A DNA stretch of 64,000 nt from Bdellovibrionales bacterium (GTDB lineage: Bacteria > Bdellovibrionota > Bdellovibrionia > Bdellovibrionales > JAGQZY01): positions 384,001 through 448,000 of the forward strand of contig CAXRHT010000001.1 in NCBI GenBank assembly GCA_964230645.1, in the 5' to 3' direction. Shown in pieces: positions 1 to 10,102 of the stretch. Every line of letters begins with the position of its first letter. The first letter of the stretch is position 1. Below the pieces are notes generated by a model, which was given only the letters and a program-made list of their open reading frames with translations, had not been told where the DNA came from and made no database searches. Made by a program: the position numbers and the translations under genes.

Positions 1-470
1 CCTTTTTGCTGAAACGATTTAAAAAGAATAAAAGCGATTATGATCTTCCCATCAAAGTCAGCCAACTTTTCTTAATTGCGACACTTTTCACAATTTGTGC
101 CTTTGGTTTCTTCTTCTTAACCCCAAACAATCAATGGCGCTACCTATGGTTAATAATTTATTGGGGAGTGCCTATAGTGGGCTTGCAATGGATATTGGGG
201 GCCCATGTACTCTTTGCAGAACGGCGGATTTTTTTAACGGCTGTAATAGTCCTTACATCCTATTTCTGGTTTGCTGACAGTGTTGCTATTAAAAAAGAAA
301 TTTGGACCTTTCCAGAAGAAACTCTGTCAGGACTCAAACTTTTTAATGTTCTGCCCATTGAAGAAGCTCTTTTCTTCTTGCTAACAAATCTTATGGTGGT
401 GCAAGGTTTTCTACTTTTTACTCAAGTCACCCGTGTCCCTGTGTTAAAAAAATACGAATGGAGATTCTAG
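1..470 (+). CDS. Lycopene cyclase domain-containing membrane protein (CrtYc/d type), probably 5'-truncated by the window edge
   Basis: Hydrophobic protein with ADSVAIKKEIWTF...GL...LPIEEALFF, matching the D-x-x-A-I...W...G...PxEE pattern of membrane lycopene cyclases; frame is open to the window start; crtZ lies nearby. Confidence 0.8.
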   Translation, partial: FLLKRFKKNKSDYDLPIKVSQLFLIATLFTICAFGFFFLTPNNQWRYLWLIIYWGVPIVGLQWILGAHVLFAERRIFLTAVIVLTSYFWFADSVAIKKEIWTFPEETLSGLKLFNVLPIEEALFFLLTNLMVVQGFLLFTQVTRVPVLKKYEWRF

Positions 471-471
471 A

Positions 472-1335
472 TTGCCCGACGGATTGCTAAAATTTAACAA
501 TGTGAACTTTTCCTACAAAAACACCAAAGTCTACGAAAACTTTGACCTAAAGATCGACCGCCCGCAACTGATCAGTGTGGTCGGCTCCAATGGTTCAGGC
601 AAGTCAACTCTGTTAAAGTTGGCTGTAGGACTTTTACAACCACAATCCGGTGAAGTGACCGTGCTAGGGAAACATCCACTCGACATGGAAATTAAGGCCC
701 AAATGGGCTCCTCTTTGCAAGACATCTCTTTCCCAAGTTCTGAGAGAGTGGAAGAGGTCTTAAGCTTTATACAAAAACAGTATAAAAACCCTCTTCCTTT
801 AGAAGAGGTTGTCGAAAAGTTTTTCTTAAAGGATTTTCGCAAAAAACCCTGTGGGCAACTCTCCGGGGGAATGAAAAGACGCCTGTCTTTAGCTTGCGCC
901 ATTATTGGTCAACCAAAAGCTCTCTTTTTAGATGAACCAACCACAGGCCTTGATCAAAAATCCAGAAATAAATTACTACAAAACTTAAAAGACTATCAAA
1001 AATCTCATCAAGCGCTCATTATGGTGATTAGCCACCACCCGGGAGAAATGATCGAAGCTGTGGACTGTTTTTTTCATGTTAAGGAAGCTAAGGTTTCCCT
1101 TGTGAGCCCTGAAAAGATGAATGAGTTGACCAAACTTAAAAAGGTCTCTTTTGACAGCCATCAAACTTTTGAGATGCAAGAGGCCATCAGGCTCAGACGC
1201 TCTGGAAGTTCCTATGAAGTCGTCGTTGAGAAAAGCGACCACCTTGTCCGCGAATTATGCCGAATGGAGTTTCCTTTTAAAAATTTAGAAATCGAATCCC
1301 TCAGTGCTGACGAACTCATCGAGGAGATTTTGTGA
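472..1335 (+). CDS. ABC transporter ATP-binding protein (DrrA/NodI-like)
   Basis: Walker A GSNGSGKST, signature LSGGMKRR, Walker B LFLDEPTTGLD; start codon uncertain (ATT at 472 or a downstream TTG). Confidence 0.9.
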   Translation: MPDGLLKFNNVNFSYKNTKVYENFDLKIDRPQLISVVGSNGSGKSTLLKLAVGLLQPQSGEVTVLGKHPLDMEIKAQMGSSLQDISFPSSERVEEVLSFIQKQYKNPLPLEEVVEKFFLKDFRKKPCGQLSGGMKRRLSLACAIIGQPKALFLDEPTTGLDQKSRNKLLQNLKDYQKSHQALIMVISHHPGEMIEAVDCFFHVKEAKVSLVSPEKMNELTKLKKVSFDSHQTFEMQEAIRLRRSGSSYEVVVEKSDHLVRELCRMEFPFKNLEIESLSADELIEEIL

Positions 1336-2063
1336 GACAGTTTATTTCCCACATACAATCCCAACTCCGTATTTGTTTTCGAGATCCCGCCTATATGTTT
1401 ACGAGCATCTTGCTACCCACGGGACTTTACTGGTTTTTTGCTGTTCCTGAATCAAAAAGTGCTTTTGCCGCAAAATTTATGACTGGCTCTTTTGCCGCTT
1501 TTGCATTCTTTGGGATCATCTTTCTACAGTATTCCATCAACACATCCCAAGAAAAGGAATCCGCCTGGTCGTTATATTTAAAAACTCTGCCAATCCCGCA
1601 ATGGATGCAGATTTTCTCGCGCCTCTTTACTTCCCTTGTTCTTGGCTCTTTTGCGTGCTTCTTGATTTACGGGGCTTCTCTTTTGTTGACGCCCTCAGAT
1701 CTGAGCTTCGCTTCATTTCTAAAAATGGTCATTTATCTAATGATCGGTGGCCTTCCCTTTTTAATGATGGGCTTAGTAATTGGGCAAGCTTTCAAACCTC
1801 GCGCTGTTGTCCCTGTTTCAAACTTTTTTCATCTCATGCTTTCTTTTGCAGGTGGCCTCTGGAAGCCTCCCGAAATTTTGCCCAAAGCTCTACAACCCAT
1901 CACACCTTGGCTTCCCACCTACCATTATGGAGTTTTAGCTTGGTCGGTAAGTTCTGAAGAAATTCAGATTGAAGGTAAGAATATTCTTTATCTTATCGCT
2001 TTTGGATTAATAATGGCTGGACTCTATTATTTACAGTCTCGGAAACAAGCGATCGCTGATTAA
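1332..2063 (+). CDS. ABC-2 type transporter permease
   Basis: About six hydrophobic segments; overlaps the ATPase stop (GTGA); ABC-2 style C-terminal FAGGLWKP...WLPTYH. Confidence 0.85.
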   Translation: MRQFISHIQSQLRICFRDPAYMFTSILLPTGLYWFFAVPESKSAFAAKFMTGSFAAFAFFGIIFLQYSINTSQEKESAWSLYLKTLPIPQWMQIFSRLFTSLVLGSFACFLIYGASLLLTPSDLSFASFLKMVIYLMIGGLPFLMMGLVIGQAFKPRAVVPVSNFFHLMLSFAGGLWKPPEILPKALQPITPWLPTYHYGVLAWSVSSEEIQIEGKNILYLIAFGLIMAGLYYLQSRKQAIAD

Positions 2064-2506
2064 CTTCTTTCCTGGCGAAAGTAGCGCAGTGGCACGACCA
2101 ACATTCCAAAGTTAATCCCATCTTCCTTAAAACGGCTTTTGTGATGATCACGGTGAGCCCTAATCACTCCCCTGAAATACCAATGATCCAGCTTCAAGAA
2201 ACGTAAACGGCGGTGGATGACAACCTCATGAATGAAAAAGTAGGCCGCACCATAGGCCATGATCCCGTAGCCAAAGATGGCAACATGGTAGTCGAGCCAA
2301 TAAGTGCCAAATAAAATACAAAGGAAGCTAGGAATAGCGAAAAATATAGCAAAGGCATCATTTCTCTGCCACCAACGTTCTTTACTGGGAGTATGATGGT
2401 CTTCATGCAAATTCCAAAGAAAGCCGTGCATCACATACTTATGCATGAACCATGCGGCCCATTCCATAAAGAAAAAACTAAAAAGGAAGACCAGTAAGTA
2501 CGTCAT
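2060..2506 (-). CDS. crtZ: Beta-carotene hydroxylase (fatty acid hydroxylase superfamily)
   Basis: MEWAAWFMHKYVMHGFLWNLHEDHH, RNDxFA, YFFIHEVVIHRR, AHRDHH and NFGML are the CrtZ His boxes; alternative start at 2521. Confidence 0.9.
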   Translation of the reverse strand: MTYLLVFLFSFFFMEWAAWFMHKYVMHGFLWNLHEDHHTPSKERWWQRNDAFAIFFAIPSFLCILFGTYWLDYHVAIFGYGIMAYGAAYFFIHEVVIHRRLRFLKLDHWYFRGVIRAHRDHHKSRFKEDGINFGMLVVPLRYFRQERS

Positions 2507-2992
2507 ACTCTTTATTACCACGACTCTTTCCCAAATTAGTACAATGATTTTGATGCTGAGCTTAAATCGTTTTGACGCATTTTAATAAGTCATTGTTCAA
2601 AGACTTTTAAACTATTTTTCTCTTTATAAATTAATACCATAGTGACACTAAATTTAGCAGTCTTATCAGATTGATCCTATTGTATCTGACTGAATGGTTA
2701 ATTCCTTAATCATTTCTGAGGTTTAAAAAGTATGACATACAAATCAATAAAATTAATTGACTGTCAGTTTCTTAAATTTAGTCCTGTTATAAACGTTAGC
2801 TTAGGGGTTTTCGTAAAAAAATACAGATGTATCATTATCAATTTAAAAAACCCAAAATGAATTAAAATGCCTTAAAACAGCAAAATGGAGCTATTTTAGT
2901 TATTTTGTAGTAGAATAGAGTCTGAATAGCTGATAAATATTCGTTATTTAAATCAGTCAGAATAAATAACTTCATAAAGCTAGGACATAGTT

Positions 2993-3619
2993 ATGCAAGA
3001 AACCAAGGGCCAAGCCACCAAAAACCATATCCTAAAAGAAGGTCTTATGCTGGCAAGTGTAAAAGGCCTCGTCAATATCAGTATCGGCGGCCTAGCGGCA
3101 AAAGCCGAAATGTCTCGAAGTGGCCTATTTGCTCATTTTCTGTCAAAAGAGCAGTTACAGTTAGAAATTCTTGATTATGCCAACACACTTTTTGAAGAAA
3201 TTGTGATGCGACCTTGTCGTGAATTATCCACAGCATCAGAACAGTTGCGCTTTCTAACAGAAAAAATGCCTTTTTGGTTTGAAAACACCGAACCAAAAAT
3301 TCCAGGTGGATGTATCTTTTTAACGGCTTGCCTTGAGTTCGACGACCGCCCTGGCAAGGTTCGCGACATGCTTTTAGAGCAGCAAAGAAACTTTTTGAGC
3401 TTTCTGCAAGGCGTTCACAAAAAAGGTGTTGAAGAGGGCACATTCACAGGAATCGTATCCGACGAGGATTTTGCTTTTGTTTTCTATTCCTTTTATATGG
3501 GCTTTCACCAGTACAAAAAATTTTTTGGAAATGAAAACGCTCAAGCTCATATTAAAAAGCATTTTAAAGGACTCATTGACTACGTTCGGCAGCCAAAGCC
3601 CCAAGCAACTTTTGGCTAA
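2993..3619 (+). CDS. TetR/AcrR family transcriptional regulator
   Basis: N-terminal HTH SIGGLAAKAEMSRSGLFAHFLSKEQL; C-terminal GGCIF...EFDDRPG typical of a TetR subfamily. Confidence 0.9.
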   Translation: MQETKGQATKNHILKEGLMLASVKGLVNISIGGLAAKAEMSRSGLFAHFLSKEQLQLEILDYANTLFEEIVMRPCRELSTASEQLRFLTEKMPFWFENTEPKIPGGCIFLTACLEFDDRPGKVRDMLLEQQRNFLSFLQGVHKKGVEEGTFTGIVSDEDFAFVFYSFYMGFHQYKKFFGNENAQAHIKKHFKGLIDYVRQPKPQATFG

Positions 3620-4476
3620 TAGCCCAGTAAGGACTCTAGCTCCCTCACAAAAAAGGGAGCGCTGTTTTCATCAAACTGAAAGTAAAGCGAAGGCTCGATG
3701 AGCTCCAATTCCATGAGCCTTGCTCGCCCGTCCCCATCTTTAACAAAATCAACCCGGCTATAAAATGGGACGTCCGGTAGGTTCTCCAATATCTTTTCAC
3801 AAAAATTTTGAGCCTCCTCATTCAACTCTACTTTTTTTATTAAGCTTCCAAACTCCTCTTGGGATCTAAAATCACCTGCTTTGGGGCGTTTAAGAATCAT
3901 ATGACTAAATTGATTGTTAAAATAATGAGCGGAGTACTCCCCTTCGGTTTGGATACTTTCCATAAAGGGTTGGATCATCACATCCCGACCTTGAAAAACC
4001 TTAAAACTCTCTTTCCACTGCGTCTTATCTTTTGAAGTGATGGCCAAAGTGTCACTGGATCCTGCACCCACTTGTGGCTTAATGACAAAAGGAGTTTCAA
4101 ATTCAATAGAATCAAGCAACTCTTCCACCACAACATTATCCACCCATTGGGTCCAAACGATGGGAAGACCTTTTTCCTGAAGATCCTTTAAATATTTCTT
4201 ATGGAGATTCCATTCCACTAAGCCATAAGGGTTTAATAATTTCGCCTGGGATTTTTCGATTTCACCAAGTTGTTTTAAAAAAGCCTGAGGTTCTTTTGTA
4301 TAATCCCAGGTGGTTCGAATAATAACTGCTTGGTAATCATTCCAGTTGACCCCTTGTTTTTTCCAAGGAATCCAGTCAAAACTCCAATTCTTTTGAGTTA
4401 GGGCCTTCTCTAAGGGCTTTTCATCCACAGAATAGCCCTCTAGGCTCTCACAAGTTAGTAAAGCACAGTGTTTCAT
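3616..4476 (-). CDS. ATP-grasp protein (RimK/glutathione synthetase-like)
   Basis: IRTTWDY, WNLHKKYL, VIKPQVGAG, QPF, YSRVDFV, LMELELIEPSL motifs; ATG at 4476 has a GGAGG RBS. Confidence 0.85.
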   Translation of the reverse strand: MKHCALLTCESLEGYSVDEKPLEKALTQKNWSFDWIPWKKQGVNWNDYQAVIIRTTWDYTKEPQAFLKQLGEIEKSQAKLLNPYGLVEWNLHKKYLKDLQEKGLPIVWTQWVDNVVVEELLDSIEFETPFVIKPQVGAGSSDTLAITSKDKTQWKESFKVFQGRDVMIQPFMESIQTEGEYSAHYFNNQFSHMILKRPKAGDFRSQEEFGSLIKKVELNEEAQNFCEKILENLPDVPFYSRVDFVKDGDGRARLMELELIEPSLYFQFDENSAPFFVRELESLLGY

Positions 4477-4541
4477 CCTCGCCTCCACATTTTCACAGCC
4501 ACCTGTTATACTCGCTTAGCTTTAAGCAAAGGAGTTTGGCA

Positions 4542-5417
4542 ATGATAAAAGTTTCATCTGTTGAAGGTAACAGACAATGGCTTGATGGGGGAAGTATGTT
4601 TGGAAATGCTCCTCGGGCCATCTGGGAAAAATGGACGGAGGTGGATGATCGCGACCGTATTCCACTGGCCTGTCGCTGTCTGCTCATTGAATGGAATGAT
4701 CTTAAGATTCTTTGTGAAACTGGAATTGGCAGCTTTTTTGAACCCAAATTGGCCGATCGTTTTGGAGTACAAGATCAAGGCTCTCACAAACTCCTGGAAA
4801 ACTTGAAGAAACTGGGAGTAGAGCCTGAGGACATAGACTATGTCATTTTATCCCATCTCCACTTTGATCACGCCGGTGGACTTCTCCCAACCTTTGAAGA
4901 AATGGAAAAAGGACGCAACGAACTGGTTTTTAACAAAGCCAAATTTGTTGTGGGTGAAAATGCTTGGCTAAGAGCTCAAAAACCTCACTCAAGAGATCGA
5001 GCCTCTTTTGTCCCCCCACTCAACAAACTTCTCGAAGAGTCCGGACGCTTGATTCTAGTAAAACAGGGCCAGGTTCCAGATGATCTCGATGAAATTATAG
5101 ATTTTTTTGAATCCGAAGGACACACCCCTGGGCAAATGCATACCCTTATTAAGGGAGAGGATCAAACCCTGGTCTATGCCGGGGACCTAATCCCAGGCTC
5201 AGCTTGGGTGCATTTACCAATCACCATGGGCTATGATCGCTATCCAGAAAAACTCATCGAAGAAAAAGAAAAACTTTATGAGCAATTTGCTGATAAAAAT
5301 TTAAAGATTTTTTTCACCCACGACCCTGTGTACGCCATGGGGGAACTTGAAAAAACCGAGAAAGGAAAATTTCAGGTTAAGAACAAAAAAGAGAATTTCG
5401 AACAGTTGGAAATCTAA
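4542..5417 (+). CDS. MBL-fold metallo-hydrolase (YtnP-like)
   Basis: LDGGSMFG, SHLHFDHAGG (HxHxDH), GHTPG, GDL, MGYD and HDP motifs. Confidence 0.9.
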   Translation: MIKVSSVEGNRQWLDGGSMFGNAPRAIWEKWTEVDDRDRIPLACRCLLIEWNDLKILCETGIGSFFEPKLADRFGVQDQGSHKLLENLKKLGVEPEDIDYVILSHLHFDHAGGLLPTFEEMEKGRNELVFNKAKFVVGENAWLRAQKPHSRDRASFVPPLNKLLEESGRLILVKQGQVPDDLDEIIDFFESEGHTPGQMHTLIKGEDQTLVYAGDLIPGSAWVHLPITMGYDRYPEKLIEEKEKLYEQFADKNLKIFFTHDPVYAMGELEKTEKGKFQVKNKKENFEQLEI

Positions 5418-5514
5418 AAGTAAAGAAAGGTTTCATCAAGCCATGAACCCCTTTATTAAAATGTGAAAGTCTAAAATCAATCTGACAATTTTGAAAAAGA
5501 GCTAACATAATCCC

Positions 5515-5650
5515 GAGCAAACTGTCATCGGAAGCAAACTGTCATTTTGAGCAAACTGTCATTCTGAGCGCAGCGAAGAATCTTTAACCACTAAGTTCGC
5601 ACATCACTCAACGTCCTCGGCGAAGCTCCTTCGCTTCGCTCAGGACGACA
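5515..5650. repeat. REP-like palindromic element (copy 1) with 3x17-bp tandem terminal duplications
   Basis: Arms TGTCATTCTGAGCGCAGCGAAGAATCT (5557-5583) and AGCTCCTTCGCTTCGCTCAGGACGACA (5624-5650) form an imperfect 27-bp inverted repeat; units (g/a)agcaaactgtcatNNN at 5515, 5532 and 5549. Confidence 0.85.
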
Positions 5651-5660
5651 TTATGCAGAT

Positions 5661-7139
5661 TTAGTTCATTGAGTAACAGAAATAATTGACTGTGTACTCT
5701 CCGGCACCGAGGAGATCAGCAAATTCCACTTTGTCTCCAAAGAATCCATAGTCAACACCCACTTCATTTCCAGAAGCTTTATCAACCACCTGTCCCATGT
5801 TTCCATTATTATCAACAGCCACGCATTCAAGGTTGTAGGTTTTTGATGAATTCGAAATTTGCTCACCAATTTGGCCGAGCTGAGTGGCGTAATTGGATGC
5901 ACACACGGAACCGATATGCCCTCCAGTCGACTGACTTAGTTGACTGTAAAAATGACCAAAGCGTCCGCCGTTGCCATTTTGTAAACAGTCCCGGCCTTCA
6001 GCGGTATCGGGATCGACAATGATCGAGTGAAACTTAAAGACGGTGTTAGCGCCAAATTGACTAGACACATAATTGACAAGATTGGCTCCCATCGATTTAT
6101 CGTAGTCAGGCATGTTTTTAATTTGCCCATCACCTTGATCAAAATAGCGAGTGGTCTCATCTTCATCAGAAATTAAAATTACATGCTTTGCAGCCGTGGG
6201 CCTTAAGCAATTGCTGTTTCCAGGACTTCCCTCAACAGCTCTTTCAAAGGCTCGGTAAGTTGTGTAAATTCCTCTCTCCCAACCATTTCCTTCGGGCCGC
6301 GGATTTCCGTTAGCATCTTGAAAAACACTGCCATCATCGTTAAGAAGGAAAAGGCCTCGAACAACATTATTCTGAATAAGGGTTTGCGCCTGATTTCGGT
6401 CATGAACACTGCTTCGAATACAGTGGGTTCCGGAATTATCAAGAGTTACAAATTTACCATCCACATAATCAAGACTTGGCTTCCAAATTTCGTCATTACC
6501 AATGGGTGAGGTTGTTGTAATCGCAATATGATAATCAAGGCCCGCAAATGGATTCATAAAATCCTGAATACGGCTAGCCATGCTTTCTTGCTCCGACTTC
6601 ATTGAACCTGAATTATCGACGTTAATGATAATATCCACTTGATCGGATTCTACTGTGACAGTGATATCACGGCTCATTGGAATGATTCTTCTATACACAA
6701 CAAAAGGAATTTCACGGATCTCTCTTCGCCCTTTATCGTCCACAGCGATAATAGTGACTGTATGATTACCAACATCAGGATTAGGGATAACAATACGATC
6801 TTTAGGGTCACAATCCACCGGAGAGCCATTGTATTCACAAGTGACCTCAGTGACATCATCCCCGTTGGGATTAATGACTTCATAGTCCACAACGGCATCT
6901 CCGTCATCAACTGTTCGATCACCGGGCTCTTCATTGATTTGAATGGTAAGGTCAGAATCCCCACCACCATTGCCGCCATCATTACTGAGACCGCCCCCAT
7001 CGGGATCGAGCAATCTCTCGGCACTAGGTGCCTGATCAAAACCAACATCGTTGGAACAGTTCTGAAAAAGAACCATGCTCGACAGGCCCATAAAAATTAA
7101 AAGTGGCGCGAATAAATATTTCTGAAACAATGCTTTCAC
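5661..7139 (-). CDS. Ig-like + VWA domain lipoprotein (paralog 1)
   Basis: Signal ending FQNC; MIDAS VDNSGSM; ITTT, ERGI, ISDEDE; several Cys in the C-terminal half. Confidence 0.75.
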   Translation of the reverse strand: MKALFQKYLFAPLLIFMGLSSMVLFQNCSNDVGFDQAPSAERLLDPDGGGLSNDGGNGGGDSDLTIQINEEPGDRTVDDGDAVVDYEVINPNGDDVTEVTCEYNGSPVDCDPKDRIVIPNPDVGNHTVTIIAVDDKGRREIREIPFVVYRRIIPMSRDITVTVESDQVDIIINVDNSGSMKSEQESMASRIQDFMNPFAGLDYHIAITTTSPIGNDEIWKPSLDYVDGKFVTLDNSGTHCIRSSVHDRNQAQTLIQNNVVRGLFLLNDDGSVFQDANGNPRPEGNGWERGIYTTYRAFERAVEGSPGNSNCLRPTAAKHVILISDEDETTRYFDQGDGQIKNMPDYDKSMGANLVNYVSSQFGANTVFKFHSIIVDPDTAEGRDCLQNGNGGRFGHFYSQLSQSTGGHIGSVCASNYATQLGQIGEQISNSSKTYNLECVAVDNNGNMGQVVDKASGNEVGVDYGFFGDKVEFADLLGAGEYTVNYFCYSMN

Positions 7140-7311
7140 TGAACCCCCCCGGGAAAAGCATTCGGTTAACCCAAAAAATAAGACAACTTCTATTAGTATT
7201 AAGCCAAATGCCCGGAAACTAAAGTCAAATTTTTAAACTCTTCAGTAAAATTGAGACAAGCCCCTAAAATAATTGAGGAGCTTTTTTTTAGGATGTCTCA
7301 ATTTGTAACGT

Positions 7312-8712
7312 CTAATAACAGTAGTAGACCACTTGATAACTACCTTCTTCTAAAGGTGTATCAAATTCAATTTTTAATCCATTGATAGTAAAGTCAGGAA
7401 CAGAGGGACCTGAGGTTTTAACTAAAACGTCTAAAACTCCATCGTCATCTTTGTCTTGAGGCTGACAAGAGAGATCATAGACCTTCTGAAGATTTGCCAC
7501 ACCGGACCCAATTTTACTAAGAGCCCCTGTGTAATCGTTGGCACAAATATCTTCGATCACTCCTCCAGTCAGTCTTGAGGTCAGTTCGTAAGCCGAACCG
7601 TAGCTTTCGTCTGGTCCTTTGCAACGATCATCTCCTGTTCGAACCACAATCGAGTTGAACTGGAACTTTTTCTTTTCCGACCAAGCATTTTTCACAAACT
7701 CGACAAGATTTTGACCTTCACTTTTATGAAGCTCAGTCAGTGGGTTACCCACTCCGTTGACAAGAGTTTCGTTCTCATCGGAAATAACCACCACAGAAAG
7801 TGTGGCATCACTGCGATAAAAGGATTTTAATCTCTGGTTTTCAACACTGTTGTCAGAGCTTAGATATCTTTCAATAGACCGATAGGTGTTTCTGATGCCT
7901 CGTTCGTGTCCATTTCCTTGCTCAGGTCTAAAGATTGTCTCTTCAAAGAGTTTTTTAGCCTGTCCAAGTGGTGTGCTTGCTTCAAGATAGTAGTTACCAT
8001 TGGGAAAACGGAGTAGCACACCATCGGCATAAGGATCCACTTGTCCTGTTTGAGGCTCTTTTCTATAAGGGTCGGTGGTGATGATCCCCACTCTCCAATT
8101 GAGCTTATTAATTTTGGCAAAAAAGTTACTAATACGGTCAGCCACTTTCTGCTGTTCTTCGTGCATTGATATGGAGTTATCGACCACGAAAAGAATATCT
8201 GCTTTTTGCTCTTCGATTTCCACTTGAATATCTGTCGTTCTTCTAAAGATTTCGCGACTGACCTTCCAGTCCTCTTCAATCTTAGCCACAAGTCCACTTT
8301 CATCAATAACTTCAACCACTACGGTGTTATCACCGAGTGGAAAATCCACAAGAGGAATCTCAGCTGAATCAAGATGACAATCAACTACGACGCCATTGAC
8401 CGAACACTCAATAGATTCAATCGGAAAGTCTCCTGGAACAATTTCATATACTAGTTCCGTTTGACCACCTAGCAAATGATCCTCCGGAGCTTTTGCCACC
8501 TGAACCACTGGTGGTTGAATGGGTAATGGATCATCATCGTCATCACTCGGTGGTGGCGGATCGACAGGATCGACGGGATCAACAGGATCAGGAGTGGGTG
8601 TTTGAGAACTGGCGGAATGTGGATTTTGCTCAACAGAGTTAAAAGCCACATCTTCCTGCTTACAAGCACCTAGAGACACAACAAAAATTAATAAAAAGAC
8701 TAGACGAAACAC
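7312..8712 (-). CDS. Ig-like + VWA domain lipoprotein (paralog 2)
   Basis: Lipobox LGAC; Pro/Asp linker; DILFVVDNSISM; ERGI; ISDENE; C-terminus YYCY. Confidence 0.75.
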   Translation of the reverse strand: MFRLVFLLIFVVSLGACKQEDVAFNSVEQNPHSASSQTPTPDPVDPVDPVDPPPPSDDDDDPLPIQPPVVQVAKAPEDHLLGGQTELVYEIVPGDFPIESIECSVNGVVVDCHLDSAEIPLVDFPLGDNTVVVEVIDESGLVAKIEEDWKVSREIFRRTTDIQVEIEEQKADILFVVDNSISMHEEQQKVADRISNFFAKINKLNWRVGIITTDPYRKEPQTGQVDPYADGVLLRFPNGNYYLEASTPLGQAKKLFEETIFRPEQGNGHERGIRNTYRSIERYLSSDNSVENQRLKSFYRSDATLSVVVISDENETLVNGVGNPLTELHKSEGQNLVEFVKNAWSEKKKFQFNSIVVRTGDDRCKGPDESYGSAYELTSRLTGGVIEDICANDYTGALSKIGSGVANLQKVYDLSCQPQDKDDDGVLDVLVKTSGPSVPDFTINGLKIEFDTPLEEGSYQVVYYCY

Positions 8713-8818
8713 AATTCCCCCAATGATATTTCTAGATCGGTCAATTGACCTGTCAAAATTAGCAATCCTTTATTTTCTAGACTTGAAGCCGCTTTCACGA
8801 CTCAGTTTGAAACATTAT

Positions 8819-10102
8819 TTAAACATCCAAACAAAAATACTTGAGCCTATAGGAACCGGCTTTGAGCGGCTCATCAAACTCTAACTTGTCTTTGTCAATC
8901 GTAAATCCCGGAAGTGAACCTGGCCCCTTGATTCTAAGGTCGACCTTACCGTCCTGATCGATATCTTGAGGTTCACAATTAAGCTTATGAACCTTGACGA
9001 GATTGGCCACTCCCTCCCCTATATCAGAGAGCATTTCAGAATAGTTGTCCGCACAAATATCTCCAACGATTCCAGCGGTCCACTTTGAGAGAAGTTGATA
9101 GCTGTAACCTTTGGCTTTCCCCGCTCCCCAAAGACATTCATCTGTATGAGTAATGATGGAGTTGAATTGGAAAACTTTGTTTTTTCCCCATTTTTTTTCA
9201 ACAAGCTTCATCAGCTCTTTTCCTTGGTTTTCTTTGTCACCATCCGATTCGTCTTCGTCTGATACAAGCACTACGGCTAGGGCCGATTTCTCTCTAAAAA
9301 ATCGCGAGAGCTCTCGGTCAACCTCAGAGCGAGGGTTCATGGAACGCTCAAGAGCTCTGTAGGTTGCACGGATACCTTCTTCAGTGTCCCAGCCACTTTC
9401 ATTGCGTCTGACTTCACTGGCAAAAAGCTTTTGAGCAAGTCCAACTCCTAATTGTGAAGTTAGAAAATAATCCCCATTATCAAAGGGATCAATTCGGCCG
9501 TCGCTCCAAGCCTTATTACTTCTAGGATCTGTTGTGGTGACTGCTACATGCCAATCGAGGTGTTTTACCTTGTGGATAAACTTGTCAAAACGTTGACTCA
9601 TTTCTTTTTGCTCCGCCCACATCGAACTGGAATTATCGATTACAAAAAGAATGTCAGTTTGACTATGTTGCTCGTTGACTTCAAAACTTTCATCGACTCG
9701 GTCAAAACCTTGAAAAACCTTCCAATCCACCTGTGCTCGTGCCTTTAGGCCATTTTCATCAACAGCGGTAATAATAAGCTCATGATCCCCTAGAGGTAAC
9801 GCAACAAGAGGTAAAATACCCTTAAGCCAGTCACATTTAATTTTAAATCTATTTATAGAGCACTCGACCTCTTTAATAGCTGAAGTTCCTTTGACCACTT
9901 TGAAAATAGCTTTGGTGCTCTTACCGAGCTTGTGATCTTCAGGCTCTTCATCGATTAGAACCTTTGGACCAACTTCCTCAATTTCATCGGTCGTAGCTCC
10001 CCCTACATAGGGGTCATCTGAACTTGATTCAAAGTTAACGGCTTCTTTACAGGCCGAAACCGTAAAGAGAAGACTAAGTACAATGAATAATCTAATTCTC
10101 AT
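8819..10102 (-). CDS. Ig-like + VWA domain lipoprotein (paralog 3)
   Basis: Lipobox VSAC; DILFVIDNSSSM; EEGI; VSDEDE; C-terminus YFCL. Confidence 0.75.
   Translation of the reverse strand: MRIRLFIVLSLLFTVSACKEAVNFESSSDDPYVGGATTDEIEEVGPKVLIDEEPEDHKLGKSTKAIFKVVKGTSAIKEVECSINRFKIKCDWLKGILPLVALPLGDHELIITAVDENGLKARAQVDWKVFQGFDRVDESFEVNEQHSQTDILFVIDNSSSMWAEQKEMSQRFDKFIHKVKHLDWHVAVTTTDPRSNKAWSDGRIDPFDNGDYFLTSQLGVGLAQKLFASEVRRNESGWDTEEGIRATYRALERSMNPRSEVDRELSRFFREKSALAVVLVSDEDESDGDKENQGKELMKLVEKKWGKNKVFQFNSIITHTDECLWGAGKAKGYSYQLLSKWTAGIVGDICADNYSEMLSDIGEGVANLVKVHKLNCEPQDIDQDGKVDLRIKGPGSLPGFTIDKDKLEFDEPLKAGSYRLKYFCLDV

Noticed and set aside
2522..2992. AT-rich 470-bp gap as an ncRNA or replication origin
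   Set aside because: No convincing hairpin or DnaA-box cluster seen; consistent with divergent promoters for crtZ and the TetR gene
5515..5565. Tandem 17-bp repeats as a CRISPR array
   Set aside because: Units are contiguous with no unique spacers, too short, and there are no cas genes in the window
8530..8600. Short 9-bp-period repeats as a contingency locus
   Set aside because: They encode an in-frame DPV/Pro-Asp linker and are degenerate at synonymous sites
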